Positions 13,194 through 24,912 of a DNA stretch of 39,751 nucleotides are shown here, one piece after another. This DNA is from Pseudovirgaria hyperparasitica. Its lineage: Eukaryota. The translations under genes and the position numbers were made by a program. Positions within the stretch are counted from its first letter, which is position 1. Each line of letters begins with the position of its first letter. The stretch lies in NCBI GenBank assembly GCA_010093815.1, contig ML996605.1. One strand, given 5' to 3'. The notes beneath the pieces are model-generated. The model was not told the origin of the DNA. It ran no database searches and saw only the letters and a list, made by a program, of their open reading frames with translations.

Positions 13194-14418
13194 TGGCAAA
13201 ATGTATGATACCCGTAGCTTGTGTATATATATGAGATTGTCAAGGCGAGACATCCTGGCAAGAGAAAGTTTCATGAAATTCAAGTGACGAAAGACAGGCT
13301 CTTGTGATTAGAGCCACTTGAAGATTTAAGTACTAAGACATTGGTATGGCGACACATTGGCACCGTGGAGAGGGCAGCCTTGGGCCTAAATACGATACTT
13401 GTCACTGCTTAAGGTATCACCAGACTAATGTCGTATGATTGTATGCTGGCTCCAGAGCTTCCAAGAGCGCTGCGCTCATCAATTAGAAGAATCCTCTTCA
13501 TCAGTAGAATTACTGAGTGCTGAGTTGTGGGAAAGCATAGAACCTGTCGTTGACTCTATTGTTACCCTGTGACTTGACGAGGTCAGAATGCTTGGGCTGC
13601 TGGTTGTGCGGACACGCGTTCGGCCTCTTGTGAAGTAGACAGTCTCTACTGAGTTCCACATGGCTGGGTCTGCATGTTGTGCTCCCTTCAGTGTATCCCG
13701 AGCTTTGATGCATCATATCTTGTCAGCTCTTTATGCTCCGTATCGTTTAGGGCAACCATGCACTTGCTCGTCCGGTATCTCATGTTGGTCTCCACTGGCA
13801 CACACTTGTGGAGTACATGATCCTTGACACATCCTTAAGAAAAGGACAGTTTCTTTAGCAGATGCTCACCTGGATGTCCAAAGAAAAAAGCATAATTAAA
13901 CAGCACGACTAGGCTAATGCCGTCTTGTCATTTCAGAACCCCAGCCAGACATTGTTGTTTGCTGCGACGTCTGGTCAGTACAAGTCAGGGGACAGCGTTG
14001 AGCTCAAAGTACCTTTTGAGTGTGAGCACAAAGCATGTCACTGCTGTTGGACGACTATGAACGTGTTACTCAGATTATCAAAAGGAGACTTAAGCATTCG
14101 TGTTGAGCTTGTTTAATTGGTTCGAATTCCGGTTTGTCTTTGCTTGCATGAATAACTGTCCGAGGTCGCGGAGCAGAAGTCGAGACTTTCTCTGATTTCT
14201 AAAGTAATCATTTAGTGATATCATACTTTTTTGCCCCGACCCATGCGTAGAGATAAAGTTGAGGGGAGAAACAGGGAAAAGGAATATCGGAGGAGATGAG
14301 AACCACGTATCTTAGGCAATGTGTTGATAAGGGAAAAGCAATTAACTAGTGTGGGAAGAGATCTACCCTTGTGCACTTATGCAAACGCTTCATACAACGC
14401 AAATTTCCTCATCTCAGC

Positions 14419-16092
14419 TTAATTTGCCCCTCGCAATATTTTCTCTGATTCATCAACAATAACCTCAAACGCCCCTTTCACGAACTCCTCACTTGCAGTA
14501 GAATTCGTACTCACAAGCCGGATCGCATACGTCCCACCAACTACTCCGCTCGTCAGATAAATTGGTCCTCGCGCATTGATTCGTGTATACACCTCCTTCG
14601 TGACCGCATTCGCGTCCAACAACATCTGCTGTGCTGCATCTGGCGTGAAATCGTTCGAGTAAGCATTTTGCGTACCGTACGATTCTATTTCTGCAGTCGT
14701 ACTAGGCCGCATTCCTCCATTCACTCCACTATGTGGCCCGTTTGTTTGTGATGTTCTCACCTCAAACTCCCTTTTCCCCACCACTGTGAATACCACCAAT
14801 CCAAAGCTCGGGCCCTCGACAATCCTGAATAAATCCTTCCTGGTTTCTACAAGGCTTGCGAATAGCTTCCCTAGCTCAACGCCCTTGCGTATATGCGCTT
14901 GCATACCCAAGACACCATACGTGCGCATGACAAACCAGATTTTGAGTGCGCGGAAGCGCCGGCCAAGTGGAATCTGCCAATCGCGGTAGTCGGTGACGAG
15001 GCCGCGATCGGAGAAGTCATTAGAGAGGTAAGAGCGGGTGATGGAGAGAGCGGAGGTCAGGTCGCGGCGGCGGCGGATGAACATGCAACTGAAGAGGTTA
15101 TTATAACCTTGGAAAGACGCGAGTAAAGGGAGAATGACTTACTTCGCGTCAAAGTTTACTAGGAGCCATTTGTGCATATTCATGGCGAAGCTGTCGAATC
15201 TGTCGAAACTTTTGGCATGATGTTGGTATTCTGGACATATCAATGCAGCACCGGCGTATGCCGCGTCGACGTGTACCCATATCTGGGGATAGTCCTTCAA
15301 CACTTCAACGATTTCTGCGAAGTTGTCCACCGCACACGTTGCTGTTGTGCCCAAGGTAACGGTTAGATAATATGGTATGCGGCCTCGTGCAGTGATATCA
15401 TCTAATGATCTCCTTAAGTCTCGACCAGTCATGGCAAAATGATTGACCGCAGACGTCTTGATCGAAACATGTTTCGTGCCTGCAATCTGCGCCCCTTTCT
15501 GCGTCGAACTATGTGCCTGTTCGCTCCCTAGTGCAACCAGTTTTCCCCTCAGCGCATCCATCTGATCTTCTTTCACCTCCCCCTCATACCCTTCCGTTAA
15601 ATTACTCAACGCCCGCTCCCTAGCCGCGACCATGGCCACAACAACTGCCTCGCTCGCACTTCCCTGAATTACACCACCGCCCTCACCTTTGCTCTCGAAG
15701 CACTCTGGCAAGCCCATCATTCTCGCTAACCAGTCCAGCACAATCGTCTCTAGCTCCGTGAATGCAGGACTACATAGCCAATTAAACGCTGGTGCAGTAA
15801 AGGCCGCGCTGTACATTTCACCAAGCATTGATGGATAAGTCGCACATGCTGGAAAGAAAGCCATGAAGTTGGGCGACTGCCAGTGGGTTAGGCCTGGAAG
15901 AATATATTTCTCTATGTCAGGCTGAATGACTTTCCATGATTCGGGCTCTTGTGGAGCAGAGGTTGGAAGGAGCGGTGCGAGGTAGCCGGGAGACACGGTG
16001 GCCAGCACGCGCTTTTCGGGCAGGGAGTCGTAGTATGCGATGATTTCCTCGATAGCGGAATGCGCAGCAGTGCGAAATTCGGCTGCGTCCAT
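14419..16092 (-). CDS. PLP-dependent aromatic L-amino acid (DOPA/tryptophan) decarboxylase; intron 15089-15142
   Basis: ILPGLTHWQSPNFMAFFP, FNWLCSPAFTELE, GGGVIQGSASE, HSSTQK, WVHVDAAYAG, PLP lysine in NMHKW, and DYRDWQIPLGRRFRALKIWFV. The likely start is MDAAEF at 16092. Confidence 0.95.
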
Positions 16093-16853
16093 GGGATCTG
16101 GATGTAGTTGTGAAATTTCGATTGAGAGCGTGAATTGGCCGAGATGCGTTGGGGGGATTGAAGTGAGTTCGCCGTTTGAGAAGACCAGCAAGTTTTTTTC
16201 CTGTACAGTATATGCGTACGAAGTGAATACATTTTGCGCCCTTGGAAGGTGCAGTGGAGTAGGCCTGTAAGCCCAGCCCGTCATCGGCAATCAGGTCTGG
16301 CGGAACGGTCCCGCTCACACTAGCTCAGCCGCTGACCTGCCCTGACGCTCAGACATGAAGCTACTCTACCTCCAACATCAACCCTGGGAGCTATCCGCTC
16401 TCTATTAAAGGTCGCGCGCAGAGATTTAGATGTGTATGATGCATCCGTCACAAGTGCTCGTCACGAGTACCTCTGTCGTCTCCAGAGGGCGTATTCAGTA
16501 CGATTACACTGTATGCGCGTTGGCTCTGCACGTTGGACTTCGTCTGGACGGAAGGCGGAGCCACTGAATTGCTCCCTTCTGCCATCTATTCTCTCATCGT
16601 GCGTATCAGAGTGATCAGAATCTTGGTATATCGCCGCGCAAATAGCCCGCATTACTCGATTGGGTTCGGCTCTCGACAGCCAAGTACAAACATTAAAATG
16701 CGACTCGATGGAAAGTAGCAGAGATCTGCGACTGTCATTGGAATATATCCATGCGCCTCATATGGAAAGGAGACCATACTACATAGGTACACCGGCACAA
16801 GTTGCATCATACGAGTGTGACTAGGTAGTCAACGAGAACGGTGGAAGGATATG

Positions 16854-18353
16854 TCACAGTTGGTTTTGAATTTGCTGCGCAATAGCGTCGCCGAATTCCT
16901 GCTCTGCAAGTGCAATACCTGGTTCCTCTTCGGGGACTTGAATTACTCTGAAATTCGGAGGTAGGTCAACGACCCCAGGCCAAAGATCTCTTGGTATAAA
17001 CTCGCCATGCTGTTCCCTAAAGACCATACGAGCTTTCATATCCGCTTCGTAAAGTTTCGCAAATTGCGTGTCGGCCTGGGTTGCGATTCTGTCCATCTCG
17101 TCTTCCGCTTGTTTGCGTCGCGCAAGCTCGGACAGCACTCCATCGTACGCGTCAACGAAACCATCGAAGAATTGTTTCAGACCCTCCATATTCTCAACTC
17201 CCTGTACAATGTTCTCCCGCTCTTCGTCCCACACTACTCGGAAAGACCGTGCAGATGCGATGTATGGCTTGGACTCTTTCCCCATGGATGTAAGGGATTG
17301 TACGGTAGTTAACAGAACCCCATACGACTCGCGCAAGATCTTGAGATGAGAGAGCACCGTTTCTAACTGCTCTTCCATCTCCGATGCATGGTCGCGCATT
17401 TCGGTGACAACGTCTTCCACTTCGACGGCATCTTTGGCGACCACTTCAAGCATATCCCTTCTCTCAGAGGACGTCATAGGTAGAGGAGGTGCATCTTGAT
17501 GTAAAGACTCAACTAATATACCCGGAGCCTTAGGTACGTCCCCTGTCGCTTTCGACGCAGCAGGTAAGCCCCCATCTGTGTGTTTCAAAGCAGTTACACA
17601 AAGATCATAGTGGTGCACTAGTGACTGAACATTCTGGGCCATCTCTTGGGCCCGAAATTCCAGTTCTCGGAATATTGAAGGAAGAAGTGAGGATCCGTCG
17701 TGTAGAGCAGTAAGGTTTGTGGTTGCTGATATGTATCCTCGAAGTGACCGCGTGGCAGCCTCAAACTCTCCTGTAACATGATCCAGCTCATTTCGAGCTT
17801 CATTGAAACGATCAATACACGACCGAAGGCCTTCAGAAAGATCTCTGTAGCTTTTATTATCGATGTAGTCATATAGAGATTTTTTGTCCGAAGTTCGAAG
17901 AGAGGGGCTAACAGGAGTCTTTTGAAGTTTCGTGATAGTTGTCTGTAGATCCCGATCTGCGCTATCGAGGGTGCGTAGGAGTTCCTGTGAATTGGAGGAC
18001 ATTGTCAGTAACTATTTGGGTAATTAGACTGATAGTGTAAGGTTATACTACAGGCGCACCTTGAGCTCTGTCCAAGCCTCTTCGCTTACTGCTGAGACAC
18101 CATGCGTGATGGCTTCAAGCGTGCCTATTTGGACTTCAAGCGTACTCTTGATGAAGGCGATTTTGGCTGCGAGGATTGCGTTCTCCTCTAGAAGGTCTCG
18201 TGCCGTGTTGACGATCTCGTTGGCACGTAGTAGGTACGACGTGGACAGAATGGAGCGTTTGGCAGCGACAAAGTAGCCAACAAGTCGTGGGAGGTCAGGC
18301 TCCTCCTCTAGATGGCTACGACTGCCAACAGATGAGGCTGGGGACGACGGCAT
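16854..18353 (-). CDS. ATG17: Autophagy protein Atg17; intron 17985-18059 (alternative in-frame acceptor at 18012)
   Basis: YFVAAKRS, RANEIV..AR..LEE, K.LYDYID, SLVHHYDLCVTALKHTDGG, AYDGVL.E..RR and GEFIPRDLWPG are typical of fungal Atg17. Coiled-coil character. Confidence 0.9.
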
Positions 18354-19289
18354 AGTGCGGCGTCACGAAGCTTCCAATTCTTGGAATCGTTCTGTACGGA
18401 AAAGCAATTATAATTTCTCAAGCCATGTTGCTACAGCAAAGCTGTGAAGCGCCATACAAACGTCAAGGACTTAATGGTGACGAAGGAATGTTAGCGGCAA
18501 GAAGAGCTTACCAGTGTAGTAAACTGTAGCTCCATACAATACGATAATCTCACGTGTCAACGCAGAGGTCAGCACGCGAACATGCGCATTAAGGTAGCCA
18601 CGAGGCAGTAGTATTCCTACCTAGTTCTGAAGTAACTGTGAAAGCCTTAGAGGTAAGGCGACACAGCTAAGAATGACGAAGATCATATGTCTGATAGCGC
18701 GACCTCAGGCTTACCTGGGCTCTCTCGCCTTGCTTACTAATTTGTCAAGACCCAACCAACATTTTCGGGTCCAGCAGGGTATCGCAACGACGCAGCATGG
18801 CGCTCTGTGCTCACACGACATTAATGCCTTGTAACATGTATCATCATTGACAATGTAGATAGGATTATGGTATCTTTCATGGTACTTTTACTTTGGGGTG
18901 TTCGATGAATTATAAGCACGCGCTGCTCCCAACCTATCTCGTAGTCTGTATCGCAGACTCCCGATGCCGTGCAGTATCCATCAACTATCCATAGTCCTCT
19001 GAGTGCTCGACGTCTCTTCTACACATTGTTTCCTACGTCCTGTGTTCTTCCTGGCCATATTCAAGGGCCTGGACCACCACCTGCCCAAAGCTCAGTGTTT
19101 TTGCCCGCCCACTACACCGAGGTGGACCCTTGTGGTTTGCACGCAATTGCTCGCACGCCATCGCTTCTCTGGATCTCGACACAACAGTAACCGCTGTTCG
19201 CCTCGTCAGACCATGCTGTCGCAACCGTTTCGACCCTCTACCTCAGCATTACTCGGGGACTGAACCGAAGGGTATTTGCGACTAGCATC

Positions 19290-21569
19290 ATGGCGGCCAA
19301 CTCTCCACAGAGTCTGGCCCCTCGCCCAATTGCTCATACTTCATCGGAATCGCAACTGTCAGATCACCTCGCGTTTCACGCTCGAACGTCATCGCGCCAG
19401 CAGCATAGTCATGTTATTACCTCCGATGCCTTGAAGGCAAGCCCCATGCTAGGACACGATCATCAACATCTTGCTGTTACGAATAAACGAAGGGAATCGA
19501 AGGGCAAGAGCCAGGAACTGGATCGGACTGGTATCTTTCTGTCTTCGTCTTCGAAAGAAGCACATAAGATGATATCTCCGTTTCTCACGCAACATATTCC
19601 TCAACAGTACAACCCTCGCGCTGCTGACGGTCCCGACCCACGCGAGAAGGCACCATCAAAGTTCTGCTACAGGCATCGGCCGGATGTGAAATGTCGCAGA
19701 ACCGCAAACGAGCCAACTATGGAGGAACTGCAAAACGTAAGTCTCTTGTTGATCTGCATATGTTCTTCTCAAATTAACCTGCAATAGGATCTAGGGAAAC
19801 TATCGCAGTCCGACCAGCAGGGTATCTCCCATGTTTGGTCTCTCTTTTCTGCTGCCCCGTCGAAACATCGCAATCTCATGTTGCAAGGCATTCTAGCACA
19901 GTGCTGTTACCCTCAATTGTCCTACATATCAAACACTATCCGAGACCTCATCAAGATCGACTTCCTTGACGCCCTCCCGCCAGAGCTTAGCTTCAAGATC
20001 CTTCTATGCTTGGATACCACCTCATTATGTAAAGCCTCGCAAGTAAGTCGGAAATGGCGAAAGCTTGCAGATGATGATGTCGTCTGGCACAAGATGTGTG
20101 AACAACACATCGATCGAAAGTGCACTAAATGTGGCTGGGGTTTGCCACTCTTGGAACAAAAGCGACTGCGTACGGAAAAGAGACAAATGCAGCTTCGAGC
20201 CAGCAATATCGGGATCAATGAATGGTCACCGAACATCAGTCCGCCATCTTCTATCGAAATAACCCACACTGATATGAACTCAGAGAATCAGCACTCCTTG
20301 GACTCGCAAAACGCGGTTACGTCTAGAATCCAGCCTGAGAAACGACCCTGTACCCCAGAGCATGACTCTCCCAATCATGTCTCGAAACGCGTTTGCACAC
20401 AATTGGATAAGGCGAGCGCAGAGCAAAATATCAGTTACCCCAAAGCCACTCCAAAAAAGCGTCCTTGGAAGGACGTCTACAAAGACAGGTTCAAGGTTGG
20501 GACAAATTGGAAGTATGGCCGATGTACTCTACGAGTTCTCAAAGGACATACTAAAGGGGTCATGTGTCTACAATTCGTGAACAATATACTGGCGACTGGA
20601 TCTTATGACAATACTGCTAAGATCTGGGATCTTGCGAATGGACAAGAGCTACGAACGCTTACTGGGCATACCTCTGGAATTAGATGTTTACAGTTTGATG
20701 AGTCTCGGCTCTTTACCGGAAGTACCGATACGACACTGAAGGTCTGGAATTGGCGCACTGGGGAATGTGTGAAGACCTTCCGTGGCCATACTCGCGGCGT
20801 AATCTCACTCCATTTTAGCGACAAAATTCTCGCATCAGGTTCCATGGATCATACCATCAAAATATGGCATATGGGGAAGCAGCACGCCTTCACGTTGCGT
20901 GGACACACCGATTGGGTAAACAGCGTTAGGATTGACTCTAGGTCTAGAACACTTTTCTCCGCATCAGACGACTGCACAGCCCGACTTTGGGACCTAGACA
21001 CTCGTGAATGTCTCCAGATCTTCAAAGGTCACGTTGGACAGGTCCAACAAGTGCTACCATTGCCTCAGGAATTCGAATTCGATGAAGACCCTGAGGATAT
21101 CATCCATGAGGGAAGTGACCAAGAACGGACTGATAGCGACACTTGTGACAAAGGCTCCAAGTCGCAACCATTTCCAGACCCGAACAGAGCGTGTCCGCCT
21201 AAATACATGCTCACTGGGTCTCTCGACAGTACAATCCGGCTCTGGCATGTCCCCACTGGGAAATGTATTCGGACCTTCTTCGGCCACCTCGAAGGCGTAT
21301 GGGCTTTGGCTGCAGACACCTTGCGCATGGTCTCAGGCGCCGAGGATCGAATGGTCAAGGTTTGGGACCCTCGATCTGGTCAGCATGAGCGCACATTCAC
21401 AGACCATACTGGTCCTGTAACATGTGTGGGATTGAGCGACAGCCGCTTGGTCTCTGCGAGTGAAGATGCATCCGTTCGAATATACAGTTTCGAGGCGGAC
21501 AATGACAACTTAGTCATCGAAGGCGAGGCTGCGGAGAGCAGAGTTGCGTGCAGAGGCACGCCTGGGTAG
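19290..21569 (+). CDS. sconB: F-box/WD40 sulfur metabolite repression regulator SconB/Scon-2/Met30; intron 19737-19787
   Basis: [14 protein letters not shown]-terminal signature, F-box [14 protein letters not shown]...[48 protein letters not shown], and multiple GH..WD repeats. Confidence 0.95.
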
Positions 21570-22720
21570 GTTTCGGCTTTACGTTCGTTACGGCACATGT
21601 GTTTCTGGTTTGATGCGTTCAAGCGTTGGCGTCCGGGATTTTCCATTGAAAACTTACACATGACGAATGAATCACAAGATAAATGATGTCCGGACTGGTT
21701 TCAGGTACTCGCTCAGTGCAACAACAATCAGCCATATGTAATAGCTAAGCGTAGTGGTGATGACTAAAACACCAAATTAGATCGGTCTTCGCGCGAGGTG
21801 CAAACCCGACCTTTGTCCACTTGGCAGCAACACCATTCCTTTCCGTTTGCTATAATAAGTCACGACTAGCGGGCAAACGCTTTGTCGAAAGATCTTAACT
21901 ATCCTTGTCTTGCAGGAAGAACCACCGAGATTTGTCCGTCTTGATCTGTTCCTGGATCCTTCCCTCGCCTTCTTGCTTATGCTTGCAACGACTATCCCAC
22001 TGGTCATTAAGGACAAGCACCCGAACGCATATTGAACACTTTTGCACACTTACTCTGAATCGTCTACTAAGAGTCCTAATGATCGAGCTTCCCTTTTTTT
22101 CTACTCTGCGATCTCAATCGAAACTTGGTCCCTACGACTCTTCTCTCGAACTGCCCTAAAGTAATCCTTCGGTCGTGTGCCATCGGCGTAGTCAGTTTGA
22201 TGTCTGCGAATATTCTGCGATTTGGAGCCCAAAGAGACAGCTGCACTTTGAAAATCGTACAAACAACATACTGAGACTCCAGGAAGGTAAGGGAATTTGC
22301 AATCAGTAGCCGATGTCGCGCTAAAATGTCTTCTTGCACGACAGATCATTTATCTCAATGCCCAGGGCAGGATTATCCTGATGCCAGCCAAATAGTAATT
22401 GCTACCAAGAGACATAGCTCTTTCACTCCTTACCAGACCTCGTTAAAAAACCGCTCTAACAACAGAAACTAGAATGTGGACTTGAACGTAGTCTACATCT
22501 AGGCATACGTTAATTGAAGCGAACGAATCGAACATTCAATAGAGACGTCATCATGTTAACAGAACACTTTGCGCTTTAGCTACAGGTAGATCCTCCGAGC
22601 TTTCTATTCATATTATGCTAAAACTTTGAGTACTCTATCTATTCTACCTTTCTATCTCACTGCCTTCGATCATATTCTCATACCTGCATCTATAAATCTT
22701 ACGACCCGCCCTTGGACAGA

Positions 22721-23341
22721 ATGTCGGACTTCGTCATCACTGTGGAGTCGCCTCGTCACAGCAACCCTTTCAAGAGCAAGAAAAAACACCAGTCGAAGCC
22801 ACTCATATCTGTACACGAAGAACGTACGACTGATCACTCCAGCCCTGGCCAGGATCCTTTCGCAACTCCAACACAGCCTGACTCGGATGAATACTTCAAT
22901 ACATCGTCCCCACCAGCTCCGATGGCATATCACAACCCTGAGGTTACATCAAGCCAAGTCCCAACTTCTACCAATGATCTATACTATGGTAAGCACCAGA
23001 TCATGAGCGCTGGCGATTACACACGGTATAGTTCGCCCATAGCATTCAATTCTTCGGGTGCTACTGTTTGCTCTCAATCTGGCAGACACTCCAGTCCAAT
23101 GAACGACCTCGACAAACGCGGTGGGCCGAATATAACTCGTGGCAACCGTACTCTCTATGCTACCTCGTTGCAATCGGACTTCACAACACCTTCCACGCGG
23201 CCTGACTTGGGCAGGACCAATTGTTCTTCTATCCGTGCAAAACTCAAAACGCTCATTCTAACCATTTCAAAGCTCAAAGACAGCCTCGAGAAGGACCGGA
23301 AAGCCAAAAGGTATTTGACCGAGGAAGAGTATCAGCATTAG
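22721..23341 (+). CDS. Hypothetical Ser/Pro/Thr-rich, probably disordered orphan protein
   Basis: 206-codon ORF from ATG 22721, with TATAAA 30 nt upstream (22691). No recognisable domain. The frame stays open for another 40 codons past the TAG. Confidence 0.5.
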   Translation: MSDFVITVESPRHSNPFKSKKKHQSKPLISVHEERTTDHSSPGQDPFATPTQPDSDEYFNTSSPPAPMAYHNPEVTSSQVPTSTNDLYYGKHQIMSAGDYTRYSSPIAFNSSGATVCSQSGRHSSPMNDLDKRGGPNITRGNRTLYATSLQSDFTTPSTRPDLGRTNCSSIRAKLKTLILTISKLKDSLEKDRKAKRYLTEEEYQH

Positions 23342-23649
23342 AAGAGACAGAAGGGTATGAGCACGAGTATGAATGAGTTGTCCAACAGCAAGGGTCAGTC
23401 AATGCATGGGGACAGGTCGAACAATAAAGGTACAACATCACACATAGACGAGCTAGCAGATTGAGAAAGTGTAAACGAGTTGGGTTATTCTGATACAGAA
23501 GGTCCCAGTCGTGGGAACGAATGTGGTATGCGTGAAGTCGTCCGTAGTCTGTGATTACCGGGACAGAGACTCTACTTGAATTTGGAAGGGAGGCCCATAT
23601 TCTTACAGCATGGTCATAGAGCTAATTAACTATCACTCCAACGTATCTA

Positions 23650-23925
23650 AAATATTTTCACTAAGAGAATGTAAAGTCGTAATAAATATACTAACATACT
23701 ATACTTCTACTAAGTAGATCTATAAAAACTTATTAATTAGAAACTTAAGATACTATTGAATAGATAAATATAGCTAAAGTATTTGAATATAATATTAATT
23801 CTATAGGAATATATATAGTTAAGAAGATATTCAGGATATATATTATTATATATTAGTTATACTATCTCTTAAATACTATATAAGCGTAGTATAGTAGTAG
23901 TATATAAGAATATTAATTATACTTG
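23650..23925. repeat. Small RIP-mutated AT-rich repeat relic
   Basis: Abrupt AT/TpA-rich patch, depleted in CpA/TpG, inside GC-balanced DNA. Confidence 0.6.
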
Positions 23926-24066
23926 ATCGTGTGTGTTGGTGACATGGGCGAACATCCATCGGACGCCAAGCTTTCCCATGTAATATCTGGGAGAGGAGCA
24001 AACTGTAATAATGAGGAATATTGCCATCTATCCTAGAGCTTTTTAACGACCACATTATCCTGCGAA

Positions 24067-24912
24067 TCACTCATGTCGACCTAGCGGCTTATAGAATTGC
24101 TCAACGGCGATCGATACAGCTTCGTTAACGTAATGAGCTCCTGTGAAGTAGCTCCCATGAACATCGTCCACAACTCCAATGGTGTTAGGTGCACAAAATA
24201 TGTCGCCTAGGTCGCAATACGAAAGGAGACGCGCGGCATAAAAGCCAAGGTTCGGCAACGACGATGCGCCACGCGCAAAGACCTAGGCAGAATGTCAGAT
24301 CGATCTACATGTCGAGCCCGTACTCTCGTGAAAGCGCAGAATGAAACAGTCTTACGCCTGATACGGCTTTGTTTGTGCCTCGGTTGTATGACTGAGCCAT
24401 CGCTCGGGACGGATCACCAAAGGTCAAAATAGACACGACTATATAGCATCAGAACTTCTTCCGGGGTTTAAAACACTATCTGACTTACTTTGCGTGCCAT
24501 AACTTAATCCTAATGGCGATGTACCATCGGTTTGGTTTCCACCAAGAGTGTTCAGGGTGACATGGGCTCCTTCGCTATACCCAACAATGATAATTTTACT
24601 GCTTGGGCATGCTTCCGCGTAGTCTTCGATGGCGCTCTTGAGAGTATTAACCCCTGCGTTCACAGTGTCATAGTACGTGTATAAGTCGTCGCAGGACCCA
24701 TCATAAGGAAGTACATATCGAAAGGAGTCCGGAATTGCTACTAGTAGAGGGTCTGTGTAGTTCTTTTCGTAGCCCTGTTCAGCTCCACGACCATTGCATC
24801 CATGGAGGCTGATGATGAATGCACCGGAGTAGCAATTTGTGCGCGAATCAATAGCCAAAGAGGACACCAGACGAGCACACAGGCCAATAAGGGCACAAAC
24901 GAAGGACACCAT
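24067..24912 (-). CDS. Secreted CE5 cutinase/acetylxylan-esterase-like alpha/beta hydrolase; introns 24439-24488 and 24283-24355
   Basis: Signal-peptide-like MVSFVCALIGLCARLVSS, ACPSSKIIIVGYSEGA (nucleophile elbow), spliced IVSILTFGDP, SYCDLGDIFC (catalytic Asp) and VHGSY (His). Both GT-AG introns restore the frame. Confidence 0.88.

Noticed and set aside
13200..14400. Short ORFs in the BRE2-decarboxylase spacer
   Set aside because: All under 70 aa, with no motifs and no convincing splice model.
14419..16092. Decarboxylase as part of a secondary-metabolite cluster
   Set aside because: Its neighbours are housekeeping genes, with no NRPS, PKS, prenyltransferase, P450 or transporter.
18709..18719. 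CTTACCTGG resembling the U1 snRNA 5' end
   Set aside because: Only 9 nt match, and no downstream U1 loops or Sm site are seen.
9992..21661. Many short antisense or alternate-frame ORFs (e.g. 10577..11164, 11847..12392, 17007..17312, 21004..21420)
   Set aside because: They are shadows of well-supported genes and have no motifs of their own.
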